Shown: positions 47,271 through 56,830 of the stretch, one piece after another
Layout: each line of letters opens with the position of its first letter
Position numbering within the stretch: position 1 is the stretch's first letter
IMG/VR virus record: IMGVR_UViG_3300014205_009245
Strand: one strand, 5' to 3'
Source: an uncultured virus (IMG/VR IMGVR_UViG_3300014205_009245)
Lineage: Duplodnaviria > Heunggongvirae > Uroviricota > Caudoviricetes
DNA length: 64,000 nucleotides
Translations under genes and position numbers: made by a program
Notes under the pieces: generated by a model
Database searches by the model: none
Told to the model about the DNA's origin: nothing
Seen by the model: only the letters and a program-made list of their open reading frames with translations

Positions 47271-47591
47271 TCAATCATCAACATCAATTACATCATCAAC
47301 CAGTCTTTGTGCACACTCTTTAATTTCGCTATCTGTAAGTTGCTTCTGGTTTTGCTTTTGTCTAACTGCCTCTTCTGCTAATTTAAGCATTTCTGCATCT
47401 AATCTAATATTATCTCGTTTTATGGCAGATAGCCACCCCAAAATAGTAAAATAATAATTACCCATAATAATACCCCGCCCATTACAAAAACCACAAGGTT
47501 CAAATGGTCCTTCACCAAAATCAAGTACTGGTTCAACTCGTCCACCTTCACCGTGGCAAGCAGGACATTGGCGTGTCTTAATTTCGCTCAT
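47271..47591 (-). CDS. DnaJ-type Zn-finger small protein
   Basis: CPACHGEGG...CGFCNGRG. Confidence 0.6.
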   Translation of the reverse strand: MSEIKTRQCPACHGEGGRVEPVLDFGEGPFEPCGFCNGRGIIMGNYYFTILGWLSAIKRDNIRLDAEMLKLAEEAVRQKQNQKQLTDSEIKECAQRLVDDVIDVDD

Positions 47592-47611
47592 TTGTGTCTT
47601 TCATTGGTCCT

Positions 47612-47962
47612 TCACCAAGATCCGGTACGCAAGAGCTTTAACACTTTATCAACTGCACCCCAATATTTTTCCGCCATTTTCCTGCGTTCCTCGGGATCAC
47701 TAGGTATTCCTCGTGGCATGCATTCGGGATCTAGAATTTTCTTTCTAATTCTATCCAACCGCTCAGCATCGGTCTCCTCATGATCATAATAATAAACCGA
47801 TATTTGCAGTTCGCCTGTGCCTGTTACAATCTCATTGATCGATATAATTTTCCGTTTCCCAGAATTAACAAAATCCAATGCCTTTGACCTTCCTTCTGTA
47901 AAGTTCCCCCACGAAAAACATTCGCATTTTACCTCTTTTTGCATGTTGTTTCTTCCTTTCAC
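47612..47962 (-). CDS. Hypothetical protein
   Basis: In-operon ORF. Confidence 0.55.
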   Translation of the reverse strand: MKGRNNMQKEVKCECFSWGNFTEGRSKALDFVNSGKRKIISINEIVTGTGELQISVYYYDHEETDAERLDRIRKKILDPECMPRGIPSDPEERRKMAEKYWGAVDKVLKLLRTGSW

Positions 47963-48183
47963 TCAAAACTCCACTGATTAAAATATATAAACCTATATTT
48001 TTCTCCAGTCCTCGGATCTTTTGCCCACAATCCACTGCTATCAGTTATCGGGTCATACCATTGCTCGCAGTCAGATTCATAGGCTCGCCATTGATACCCA
48101 TCACTAGCAGTAAACCAGTGGGCAGGACGATCAAAAACACAGCCAAATAAAAAAAGTGGAATAATGAAAATAATCCACTTCAT
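47959..48183 (-). CDS. Small lipoprotein
   Basis: Lipobox LFGC. Confidence 0.6.
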   Translation of the reverse strand: MKWIIFIIPLFLFGCVFDRPAHWFTASDGYQWRAYESDCEQWYDPITDSSGLWAKDPRTGEKYRFIYFNQWSFE

Positions 48184-48404
48184 ACTTTTTCCTCAAAAAA
48201 TTTAGTGTGTAAATTCACATAGTCTTCTATATCTTTTATTGTTATCTTATTTAGTACTATCATTAGAGACAAGAAGTCGATAACGGCATCAAGCATCATC
48301 CTGGTACCGAATTCATTAACTATTTTTTCAAGAAATTGAATGATATCGTTGGATGATTGAATTAAAGCTGATGGGTCTTTGATTAGGGATTTAGGATCAC
48401 TCAT
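48180..48404 (-). CDS. Hypothetical protein
   Basis: Overlapping start and stop codons with neighbours. Confidence 0.55.
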   Translation of the reverse strand: MSDPKSLIKDPSALIQSSNDIIQFLEKIVNEFGTRMMLDAVIDFLSLMIVLNKITIKDIEDYVNLHTKFFEEKV

Positions 48405-48615
48405 CTTTTATACCTAAATGTTTCCTTGCCAATTCCCGCCAGCTAATAGGAGTATCATCTGGATACCCAGAAAACACACGTTTAGGACCCGAAAGGCGAC
48501 TCGGCATAAAATATAATTCTTCAACAGACGAATACGCCAGCAGCACCAATTCTCGAAAAATGTCCCTCTGAACACTTATCTCCTGAAGTGTTTCGTTATC
48601 TGATACACAATTCAT
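48397..48615 (-). CDS. Hypothetical protein
   Basis: Likely start MNCVSD after GAGGAG. Confidence 0.5.
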   Translation of the reverse strand: MNCVSDNETLQEISVQRDIFRELVLLAYSSVEELYFMPSRLSGPKRVFSGYPDDTPISWRELARKHLGIKDE

Positions 48616-48661
48616 TTCAGTTCTCCTCAAGGTCCAGCACAAAATTCCTACCAACTAGCCG

Positions 48662-48700
48662 ATACGATGGATGTCGCTTAGTATCATACATCCATCGTAT
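48662..48700. repeat. Perfect 13-bp inverted repeat with 13-nt loop
   Basis: ATACGATGGATGT / ACATCCATCGTAT. Confidence 0.85.
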
Positions 48701-48767
48701 TATATCAATGAGCTTCTGCGTTATAAACCTTTTTAGCCGAAAATATTTGATTTTTCTCGGCATTCTC

Positions 48768-48953
48768 TTATTGGGCTTCTAAAACTTTGTCAACATTATC
48801 CCAATAGCATTCCCAGCAAGCCCCTGGATAATTCGCACACACTGATAAATCCCACCCATCAATGTCCGACAACATTTGCTCCATAAAATCGCATCCTGAG
48901 CACAAAAGCAAACCTAAACTGATGACAAAAATAGCTATCTTATTATTTCTCAT
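48768..48953 (-). CDS. Small lipoprotein
   Basis: Lipobox CSGC; SD AGGAG. Confidence 0.6.
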   Translation of the reverse strand: MRNNKIAIFVISLGLLLCSGCDFMEQMLSDIDGWDLSVCANYPGACWECYWDNVDKVLEAQ

Positions 48954-48969
48954 ATATTTCTCCTAAAAA

Positions 48970-49203
48970 TTAGTCGTCTTCGGTGTCATCTTCCACAGAA
49001 GATTCATGAATATCGATTTCATCGATTGAAATATGTTCTACTATCTCATCATCAACAATATCGATAATTTCTACTAAATTATCCGAGTCTTCATCTCCTC
49101 GTAAAGCCGACAGAATATCCTCTGGACTAGGCTCTTCATTAGCTTCAATCTGAATTCGCATTCTTAATTTAACTGTAGCATAAATATCACCATAGTATTC
49201 CAT
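48970..49203 (-). CDS. Acidic hypothetical protein
   Basis: SD AGGAG. Confidence 0.6.
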   Translation of the reverse strand: MEYYGDIYATVKLRMRIQIEANEEPSPEDILSALRGDEDSDNLVEIIDIVDDEIVEHISIDEIDIHESSVEDDTEDD

Positions 49204-49415
49204 TATTGATCTCCTTTCCCTATCAACAAATACCTATGATGTTGACATACTTTCCTCCTCTGCATTAATCCTGTTTTAATCCCGAAACCATCTATAACTC
49301 GCCACCATCCTTCATAATCAGCAGGGCTAGAACAGCATTCCACTTCACACATATAAATAATATGTTCCGTTGCTTGTCCACAAGTAGGACAAAGTTTTTC
49401 AGTGGTAGGATTCAT
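49203..49415 (-). CDS. Zn-binding small protein
   Basis: CPTC...C...CC...C.HH. Confidence 0.55.
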   Translation of the reverse strand: MNPTTEKLCPTCGQATEHIIYMCEVECCSSPADYEGWWRVIDGFGIKTGLMQRRKVCQHHRYLLIGKGDQ

Positions 49416-49776
49416 AAAATTCCCAGTGCCAATTTTTATTGCTTGATTTTACATCGGAAAGCATGGTGTGTAATACATATTCCGCAAAATCACCACTATC
49501 ATCGGCGAATGTCAAATAATTACGACCGGGCAATATTGTTTTATCATATTCTGCCGCAGATTTCAAAAAATTCTTCGTAGTTAGTCGAGAGGCAGGAGTG
49601 CCCATCCAGTCCGAACCCATTTCTTTAATATCTTCCTCGTATTCCTTTAGATACTGCTCGAAAATGTTCGGATTATCTTGAATAAAATCTACTAAGGTCT
49701 TAATCTGATCCGTGCGATTGTCAATAATAAACGAACAAGATGAACTATTACTTACAAAAGAGTTTCGAATTTTCAT
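49399..49776 (-). CDS. MKIRxxFVSNSSSxSF-motif protein
   Basis: MKIRNSFVSNSSSCSF. Confidence 0.75.
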   Translation of the reverse strand: MKIRNSFVSNSSSCSFIIDNRTDQIKTLVDFIQDNPNIFEQYLKEYEEDIKEMGSDWMGTPASRLTTKNFLKSAAEYDKTILPGRNYLTFADDSGDFAEYVLHTMLSDVKSSNKNWHWEFYESYH

Positions 49777-49970
49777 CTAGAGTTCTCCTTCGGTTTCAGA
49801 ACTCCGTAAACTTTTCTAAAACACTGATGGCAAAGTTCGATTTTCTCTTCGCGAAAACTCGAACCATCATCACCTAAATACTCGGTGTAAGATATTTCTA
49901 TTTTCGCTTTTACATATTCATCTGTTGCTGAGAATTCTTCACCACAATGATCACAAAAGGACTTTTTCAT
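49773..49970 (-). CDS. Zn-finger small phage protein
   Basis: FCDHCG...ELCHQC. Confidence 0.65.
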   Translation of the reverse strand: MKKSFCDHCGEEFSATDEYVKAKIEISYTEYLGDDGSSFREEKIELCHQCFRKVYGVLKPKENSR

Positions 49971-50126
49971 ATCAGCTTCACCTCACCTTTCATCTTCTAT
50001 GTTTGTCATCCTGCATTAACGTATCGACATCGACCGCAAATTGAGCAGCTATAAGTAATTGTTTCATGATCTTCATTATCATATGAAAGATCAACAAGAA
50101 TCCAATTGTGGACATGGGTTTTCAAT

Positions 50127-50873
50127 TCAATTCTCCAATGAATTTTGAGACAACCAACCAGAAACTACTCTCTGGTAGCCTTGTGGGTCATACTTATATG
50201 ATAAAATATGTGGCCCAGATGTGGTCCACATCGATTTCGGTTCAGTCGCTCTGTTGTAGATATATTCTGCTTCTGAATATACCGTTACATCGTCGTCTAT
50301 ACTATGGATAAACAGTTTCGGTTCTTTTATTTTAAGAATTGTTTGACGTGTGCGCATGTCTTTAGGTAAAACTAAGCCCGTCAAACCCAATGCGTTAGGT
50401 GAGGCCACTCCATCAAAAATACATCCTGAAACATCAACTTCTGATGCCACTTTAGCTTCTACCATAGTGCCCAAAGAAAATCCGTGCAAAATAACGCGAG
50501 GATGCTGAGACTGAGCAAAAACAACCGCAAGATGAACGTCTTCTACTATTCCCCTAAAATCCACAGTACCGGCAGCATCTCCAAACCCTCGATAATCCAA
50601 CAATAGTACATTAAACTTGTTACTTGTCCATAAATCAATAAATTCCAGAAGATATCCTTTATTAGTTTTATAGCCTGGCAAAAGAATAGCCGTGCCTCGT
50701 GCTTCTGGGTGTTTTATAAACCAAGCCTTAGCATATGGTCCTAATTTAACGTCCGAGTAAACACATGTGGGGTAGCGGCGCAAATTGGTGTCACCCATTA
50801 ATAACCGATCTGCGCAACCAGTAATAATTAGTGCTAGTAAACCTAGATTCCATATCTTAAATTTAGACCACAC
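50127..50873 (-). CDS. Alpha/beta hydrolase, lipoprotein-like signal
   Basis: DYRGFG, GFSLG nucleophile, IHSIDDDV, H; lipobox ITGC. Confidence 0.85.
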   Translation of the reverse strand: MWSKFKIWNLGLLALIITGCADRLLMGDTNLRRYPTCVYSDVKLGPYAKAWFIKHPEARGTAILLPGYKTNKGYLLEFIDLWTSNKFNVLLLDYRGFGDAAGTVDFRGIVEDVHLAVVFAQSQHPRVILHGFSLGTMVEAKVASEVDVSGCIFDGVASPNALGLTGLVLPKDMRTRQTILKIKEPKLFIHSIDDDVTVYSEAEYIYNRATEPKSMWTTSGPHILSYKYDPQGYQRVVSGWLSQNSLEN

Positions 50874-50877
50874 TTAT

Positions 50878-51132
50878 TTATCCTTTTGGCAATTCCACTT
50901 CTGCGTTACAAAACCAACCTTGGCATCCAACCGCCCCACGGTAAATTCTCACATAGCTTTGCCAATATTCTCCCATTGAAGCATAAACCAATTCACCCAC
51001 AATCTCAGAAAGCTGTGCTGCTGAATAATACGACCCTCCAAACTTCACCCGTCCACCTTTACGAACTAGTCGCCAACCATTGGCAATTATGCCATCTGGC
51101 GCACGACAATCTGCATATGGACTATGTTTAAT
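50878..51132 (-). CDS. 84-aa ORF with apparent ATT start (not in ORF track)
   Basis: GGAGG-N8-ATT AAA CAT...; IKHSPYADCRAPDGIIANGWRLVRKGGRVKFGG...ELPKG*; fills the gap exactly. Confidence 0.6.
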   Translation of the reverse strand: MKHSPYADCRAPDGIIANGWRLVRKGGRVKFGGSYYSAAQLSEIVGELVYASMGEYWQSYVRIYRGAVGCQGWFCNAEVELPKG

Positions 51133-51135
51133 TCT

Positions 51136-51354
51136 TTAGTCCTCCACTTGTAAATCTTTGCCACAACTCGGACAGAATAATACATTTTGTAAAATAACCG
51201 ATTCTTCGTCTTCGCCAGTAGACTCGGTAGGAAGAATCAACCTCCATCTCGCATTTCTTTTGCCCGCACAACAATATTGGAGATATCTTCCTTCGCGGGA
51301 CATTGATGGACAAAGATGAATTTCATCTTCCGCATACATACTGATTCTCCTCAC
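51136..51354 (-). CDS. Zn-finger small protein
   Basis: C...CC...FCPSCGKDL. Confidence 0.6.
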   Translation of the reverse strand: MRRISMYAEDEIHLCPSMSREGRYLQYCCAGKRNARWRLILPTESTGEDEESVILQNVLFCPSCGKDLQVED

Positions 51355-51842
51355 TAGTCAATTTTGTTCTTCAAAATACCAAGTTCCCAATCAGCACGCT
51401 CATTTGCTTCTTTACTATTTCCTACTTCCATCATTGCTTTACGATGCTGCTCACCGAATTCTGCCTCATCTTCTGCGGTATATAATTTGCCACTCATGTA
51501 GAACGGCGTGCCCCACGCAGGGCACATTTTGTGAATTTCTGGTCTGCCGCAGCCTTTACAAACTACATACCGTTGCAAGAGTTCGGCATATCTCCCGATA
51601 CGGTCAATACACTTAAGCATAGCATTGCGCCAGTCCGCAGAAGAGATGTCTGCTTTTCTCGCACACTCCTCGACTTGCATTGCGTCAAACCAAAGATCAC
51701 CAAGCAGATCGGTCCAATCACAATTGCTTTTACGATTATGCTCAATCATTGATTCTCGGCACTCATGACAAACGACTCCGTCCCTGGTACGGACTGAAAA
51801 CTTCGGAGCCTTATGACGGTAGATGCACTCATCTATGTTCAC
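51354..51842 (-). CDS. Cys-rich hypothetical protein
   Basis: Own promoter and SD AAGGAG. Confidence 0.65.
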   Translation of the reverse strand: MNIDECIYRHKAPKFSVRTRDGVVCHECRESMIEHNRKSNCDWTDLLGDLWFDAMQVEECARKADISSADWRNAMLKCIDRIGRYAELLQRYVVCKGCGRPEIHKMCPAWGTPFYMSGKLYTAEDEAEFGEQHRKAMMEVGNSKEANERADWELGILKNKID

Positions 51843-51862
51843 GTTTCTTCTCCTTCACTTCA

Positions 51863-51890
51863 AGTATATCGTATTCCCATGAAAAGTCAA
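51863..51890 (-). promoter_or_regulatory. Sigma70-type promoter
   Basis: TTGACT-N16-TATACT. Confidence 0.7.
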
Positions 51891-51915
51891 GCGAGATTAA
51901 GGAAATTCCGAAGTT

Positions 51916-52581
51916 TCAATCATCCCAGTCCAGTTCTTTAGCCAGCTCTTTCGCTTTGCTTCGTGCTCGAACAAGTGCATTATCAGTGCTCTTGCGGCTT
52001 ATCTGGGGAAATTTTTTCTTTAATTCTTTTACTATTTCATCGTAGTGATATTGTTTTAAATAGAGTCTTAGAACCTCTCGCTCCATTTCTGACAGCCGAG
52101 ATAAAAGTTTGTGTTTCTTATCTTCCTCGTCTTCGTGCTTTTCCATCTGATCGGCCACCGTTGGCTTGTTGGTTATAATTATATTGATCAAACTGAGAGT
52201 TTCACCCTCTTCCGATCCACGGTCTTCATCGAGAGACAAAGACTGATTTAATACTCGTCGCTTTTGCTGGTTATTTCCTTTAATTAAGGAGAACAAATGT
52301 CTCCTAATACAAAGGAGGGCAAAAGACTTAAACTTCCCTCTGGCAGCATCAAAATCTTGTATTGCTTTAAATTTTAGTGCCACCAAACATTCTTGCTCAA
52401 TTTCATCGGCATCACATCCTGGGATGTGATATTTTTGTGTAAACAACCGTATATAACCGTCTAAATAAATTTTCAACTTTATAAACGATTGTTCGTTGTC
52501 ATAATCACGCACTTGATTCACTAGAGAAGTGATCTCTTCTTCTTTCAGTGCTTGGTCTCTCTCTTTTTTGGAGAGAGACAT
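51916..52581 (-). CDS. SigH-like RNA polymerase sigma factor
   Basis: YHIPGCDADEIEQE...KAIQDFD...FKSFALLCIRR...LNQSLSLD...LSEMEREVL...Y.EI...KSTDNAL.R parallels SigH/Spo0H. Confidence 0.85.
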   Translation of the reverse strand: MSLSKKERDQALKEEEITSLVNQVRDYDNEQSFIKLKIYLDGYIRLFTQKYHIPGCDADEIEQECLVALKFKAIQDFDAARGKFKSFALLCIRRHLFSLIKGNNQQKRRVLNQSLSLDEDRGSEEGETLSLINIIITNKPTVADQMEKHEDEEDKKHKLLSRLSEMEREVLRLYLKQYHYDEIVKELKKKFPQISRKSTDNALVRARSKAKELAKELDWDD

Positions 52582-52596
52582 ATTGTATTTTTCTCC

Positions 52597-53721
52597 TTAC
52601 TCGTTAAAAAATATAACACTCTTTATGAGCCAAGCTTGTAGTGCAATCTCAGGAGATATATTGTAGTCTACCGACTGCTTTGATTCATTTAAAGCAGATA
52701 AGATTCTAAGTAATGCCTTATGTTTCTTGCCCTGTTGGCACTTAAGACACTGCTCTTTCAATCTTTTCTTGCCTTCCTGGGACGCATCGACAAACTCAAA
52801 TGCCGCCGAAGCGGTCAATACTACCAGCATATTTCTAAGATGGTTTGCTATGCCATCATATACTGATTGAAATTCAGCACCACTCTGGAGTATATTATTA
52901 ATAACCTTCAAACCCGACCTGGTATCTAATTTTCCAGTATGGGTTTCAATTAAAGAATCTATCAAATCATAAAAGAGACTTTCGGACACAGTTCCAAAAA
53001 CATCATCTGCATCAGAAGTAGTAACCTTCCCATTCTTAGAGAAAGATATTAGCTTAGACAGATTCTGTATGCCATTGCGCATGCTACCATGAGCTAAACG
53101 GGCACATAAATTCAGTGCTCCCTCTTCGACATCTATGTTTTCACTTTTCGCAATGTATGCCAACCGTTCAGATATCTGTGCCCAGTAAATCTGCCTTATA
53201 TCGTGTCTCTGACATCTTGACTGGACTGCCGGTCGTAATTTATGAATATCAGTAGTTGATAGTACGAATCTAACCCTCGATGGAGGTTCTTCAATTAGCT
53301 TTAATAAGGCATCGTTTGACTCTTGTGATAACCTTTGTGCTTCATCAATAATAAAATATTTTGTCTTACACCCTGCAATTGGGTTATATAGCGCATTTTC
53401 TTTTAATTTCCGAACCTCCTTCACACTGCCAGCGCCACTAGCCGCGTCTATTTCTAGCACATCGGTATGGGTCCCTGCAAAAATCTTTTTACAATTATCG
53501 CAGGTTCCGCATGGATCCAATCCCGGAGATACGAGACAATTTTCTGTAGCAGCTAAAATACGTGCGCAGCTTGTCTTTCCCGAGCCATACTGGCCTACAA
53601 ACAAATGAGCGTGATGTAGTTTGTTATTTTTAATTGCGTTAGTCAGAGTTTGAACAACCACGCTTTGTCCAACTAAATCCTGTAATTTTTTCGGCCTATA
53701 TTTTCGTGCTAGGTCTTCCAA
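52597..53721 (-). CDS. dnaX: DNA polymerase III gamma/tau (gamma-length)
   Basis: LARKYRP, GQYGSGKT, PCGTCDNC, EIDAAS, IIDE, SRC. Confidence 0.95.
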   Translation of the reverse strand: MEDLARKYRPKKLQDLVGQSVVVQTLTNAIKNNKLHHAHLFVGQYGSGKTSCARILAATENCLVSPGLDPCGTCDNCKKIFAGTHTDVLEIDAASGAGSVKEVRKLKENALYNPIAGCKTKYFIIDEAQRLSQESNDALLKLIEEPPSRVRFVLSTTDIHKLRPAVQSRCQRHDIRQIYWAQISERLAYIAKSENIDVEEGALNLCARLAHGSMRNGIQNLSKLISFSKNGKVTTSDADDVFGTVSESLFYDLIDSLIETHTGKLDTRSGLKVINNILQSGAEFQSVYDGIANHLRNMLVVLTASAAFEFVDASQEGKKRLKEQCLKCQQGKKHKALLRILSALNESKQSVDYNISPEIALQAWLIKSVIFFNE

Positions 53722-53724
53722 TTT

Positions 53725-55590
53725 TTAATCCTTTACTGAATACTCTGCATCTACTACATTTGTCGGCGTCTCGCCAACGGGTATATCAGGAGTCGCTGCT
53801 TTATTAGCATTATAGATATCTTCGCTGGCTTTATGCAAAGCGGTATTGAGAACATCTAAGGATTTTTTAATAGAATCCTTATCATTGGTTTTAATGGCGT
53901 CCTTGACTGCGCTGACAGCAGATTCAACATCGGACTTATTTTGTATTTTATCCCCATGCTCTTTCATCATCTTCTCGGCTTGATAGATGTGATTATCAGC
54001 CTGGTTTCTTGCATCTACCAATTCCTTTTTATTAGCATCCTCTTCCGAATATTTCTGCGCATCATCCACCATTCGTTTAACCTCATCATCGCTTAATCCA
54101 GATGACGACTTAATCTCTATGGATTGCTGTTTTCCAGTGCCAAGATCCTTAGCAGATACGTGCAAAATGCCATTAGCGTCTATATCAAAATTAACCTCAA
54201 TTTGTGGCACACCACGAGGTGCAGATGGTATATCTGCTAATTGAAATCTGCCTAAAGTTCTGTTGGAATCTGCCATCTTTCTCTCGCCCTGGAGAATATG
54301 TATATCTACTCCAGGTTGATTGTCTGCGGCAGTTGAGAATGTCTCTTTTTTAGTGGTCGGTATAGTGGTGTTTCTTGGAATTAAAACAGTCATAACGCCA
54401 CCAAGGGTTTCAACACCTAAAGAAAGCGGTGTGACATCAAGTAAAACAATATCTGAGGATTCTCCGCTTAATATTGATCCTTGTATAGCAGCACCAATGG
54501 CTACCGACTCATCGGGATTTACACTAGAATTTGGCTCTTTGCCGAACATCTCTTTTACCAAAGCACGAACTGCGGGAACGCGGGTTGAGCCACCGACCAG
54601 TATAACCTCATCTATATCCTTCGGTGTTAAATTGGCGTCTTTAAGTGCTTGCATAACTGGATTTCTACAACGCTGAATTAAACCAGAAATTATTTGCTCA
54701 AATTTAGAACGAGTTATAGTTTGATTTAGGTGCTTCGGTCCATTGGAATCTGCAGTAATGAAAGGTAGGGATATTTGAGTTTCGAGACTTGATGATAAAT
54801 CACACTTAGCCTTTTCAGCAGAATCCTTTAACCGCTGTAGAGCCATCGGATCTTTTCGAAGATCGATACCTTCCACCTTTCTGAATTCTTCTGCAATGTA
54901 GTCAACGAATGCGGCGTCAAAATCATCACCGCCTAAATGGGTGTCGCCGTTAGTGCTAAGAACCTCAAAAACATTATCTCCAATATCAAGAACTGAAATA
55001 TCAAAGGTTCCACCACCCAAATCAAAAACAGCTATTTTTTGCTGCTTCTTTTTATTCAGACCATATGATAGAGCAGCAGCAGTGGGTTCGTTGATAATTC
55101 TCTTAACATCAAACCCAGCAATCTGCCCGGCTTCTTTTGTGGCCTGTCGCTGGGCATCATTAAAATATGCGGGGACAGTGATAACCGCTTCAGTTATTTC
55201 GTGCCCAAAATATGTTTCAGCAGTCGTCTTGAGATCTTTCAATATCATTGCGGAAATCTCTGGAGGGGCGTAGTCCCTATCATCAACTTTGACCTTAACC
55301 AGTTCTTCCGGACCACCCACTATTGTATATGGAACAGTCTTTTCTTCTGCGCTAACTTCAGAATGTCGCCTTCCCATAAATCGCTTGATAGAATAAATTG
55401 TATTCTTAGGATTTAAAACCTGCTGATTCCTAGCTCGTTGACCAACAATCCTCTCGGATTTATTAAATGAAACCAGAGACGGAGTAGTGCGGCCACCGCT
55501 GCTATTAATTAATACTTTTGGCTGTCCATTTTCTACAATGGCGACAACCGAATTAGTAGTGCCAAGATCCACGCCAACAATTTTACTCAC
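53725..55590 (-). CDS. dnaK: Chaperone DnaK
   Basis: [42 protein letters not shown]. Confidence 0.99.
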   Translation of the reverse strand: MSKIVGVDLGTTNSVVAIVENGQPKVLINSSGGRTTPSLVSFNKSERIVGQRARNQQVLNPKNTIYSIKRFMGRRHSEVSAEEKTVPYTIVGGPEELVKVKVDDRDYAPPEISAMILKDLKTTAETYFGHEITEAVITVPAYFNDAQRQATKEAGQIAGFDVKRIINEPTAAALSYGLNKKKQQKIAVFDLGGGTFDISVLDIGDNVFEVLSTNGDTHLGGDDFDAAFVDYIAEEFRKVEGIDLRKDPMALQRLKDSAEKAKCDLSSSLETQISLPFITADSNGPKHLNQTITRSKFEQIISGLIQRCRNPVMQALKDANLTPKDIDEVILVGGSTRVPAVRALVKEMFGKEPNSSVNPDESVAIGAAIQGSILSGESSDIVLLDVTPLSLGVETLGGVMTVLIPRNTTIPTTKKETFSTAADNQPGVDIHILQGERKMADSNRTLGRFQLADIPSAPRGVPQIEVNFDIDANGILHVSAKDLGTGKQQSIEIKSSSGLSDDEVKRMVDDAQKYSEEDANKKELVDARNQADNHIYQAEKMMKEHGDKIQNKSDVESAVSAVKDAIKTNDKDSIKKSLDVLNTALHKASEDIYNANKAATPDIPVGETPTNVVDAEYSVKD

Positions 55591-55606
55591 CTTTTCTCTC
55601 CTTTCT

Positions 55607-56449
55607 TTACCCAGAAAAAATTGTATTTAATATTGGCTTAATAGCCTCGTTTTGTTCTTCTACGGTCATGTTCTTATTGTCTAAAACAAAATGTTTTTTC
55701 TGATTCCAGTTATAATTATCAAGAGCTGATTCACTCGGATGCACGTCTTCTGTCCCAAATGGACTACGAGTTAAACGTATAATATATCCCTTTGGCTCTT
55801 TCAATACTACCTCTATTTCGTTTTGAAATCTATTGTCAACTATCACGTTCAAAGGCTTGCCATTACGATGAATAGTCCGAATGGTAGCTGCGGCCCAAAC
55901 ATTACCAAACGTATGTCGTATTAAATCGGTACCAAACAACTGCATTATATCTCTGCCTGACATCGGTCCTGATTTCATTTTACTTCTATCTGGTTCATCT
56001 GGTGGATAATCACATGCCCCAATCCCAGTAATAGCTTTAGGATAAAAAGCATCCATAATTACATCTGGGGAACAGCCAGACTTAATTAGGTGCTTCGCTA
56101 ATGGATCATCCCCAAATTTCCATCGCAAGAATTTGGGAGCATTTTCCCATACATATTGAGTAGGAGCATTTTTTTGCTCATCAGAACCATAGCACGATTC
56201 CATCGATAATCCCAAGGTATTGATACAAAATTCCTTGAGATTATCCGCAAAAGAACAGATAAAAACTGGGCTATCCACTCCTATTGGAGTTTCTACGTCA
56301 CTCCGGGTTCGTAGACAGCAGTTGATATAATACTGCTCAATAAATTGTCCAACAGTATTTTTCCCAGATCCCTTACGACCGCTTAATGCAATAATTATCT
56401 GAGACATATTTATCTGCATATTAGGTGCCAGGAAGTTTTCTAACAGCAA
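55607..56449 (-). CDS. Deoxynucleoside monophosphate kinase
   Basis: [37 protein letters not shown]; start is likely MQINMS or MSQII. Confidence 0.85.
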   Translation of the reverse strand: MLLENFLAPNMQINMSQIIIALSGRKGSGKNTVGQFIEQYYINCCLRTRSDVETPIGVDSPVFICSFADNLKEFCINTLGLSMESCYGSDEQKNAPTQYVWENAPKFLRWKFGDDPLAKHLIKSGCSPDVIMDAFYPKAITGIGACDYPPDEPDRSKMKSGPMSGRDIMQLFGTDLIRHTFGNVWAAATIRTIHRNGKPLNVIVDNRFQNEIEVVLKEPKGYIIRLTRSPFGTEDVHPSESALDNYNWNQKKHFVLDNKNMTVEEQNEAIKPILNTIFSG

Positions 56450-56810
56450 CCTCGGTTTTACCTTCTAACAGAAAGAATGTTTTATCATTGACGATATCGC
56501 CTTTGCAATGGATTACACCATTGGATCCATCGGGCATTTTACCTACTACATCTTTTGGATATGTCATATACCAGGGCTCGCCATCGAGCGTTCCCAGAAA
56601 ACATCCAAAATCTGTCATCATGAATGCCTCTATATTGTTCAGTTTTTCAGTTGGCGTTAATGCGTTATTGACGTTTAAATTAGTCAAATAGTCAACTGCT
56701 GACTCAAGTGCCTTTTCTTCATCCTCAAACCGCTGAAGCGCCCGATCGTTATACCGAACAAGTGCCCAATCAGTCCCAAATGCATCTTTTTCTACAACTT
56801 GCCAAGACAT
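56421..56810 (-). CDS. Hypothetical protein
   Basis: Likely start MSWQVV after AAGGAG. Confidence 0.65.
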   Translation of the reverse strand: MSWQVVEKDAFGTDWALVRYNDRALQRFEDEEKALESAVDYLTNLNVNNALTPTEKLNNIEAFMMTDFGCFLGTLDGEPWYMTYPKDVVGKMPDGSNGVIHCKGDIVNDKTFFLLEGKTEVAVRKLPGT

Positions 56811-56830
56811 ATCAAACTCCTTAAAAATAT

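Noticed and set aside
52597..53721. Programmed frameshift producing a tau-length DnaX
   Set aside because: The sigma gene starts 16 nt after the stop, leaving no room for a tau extension
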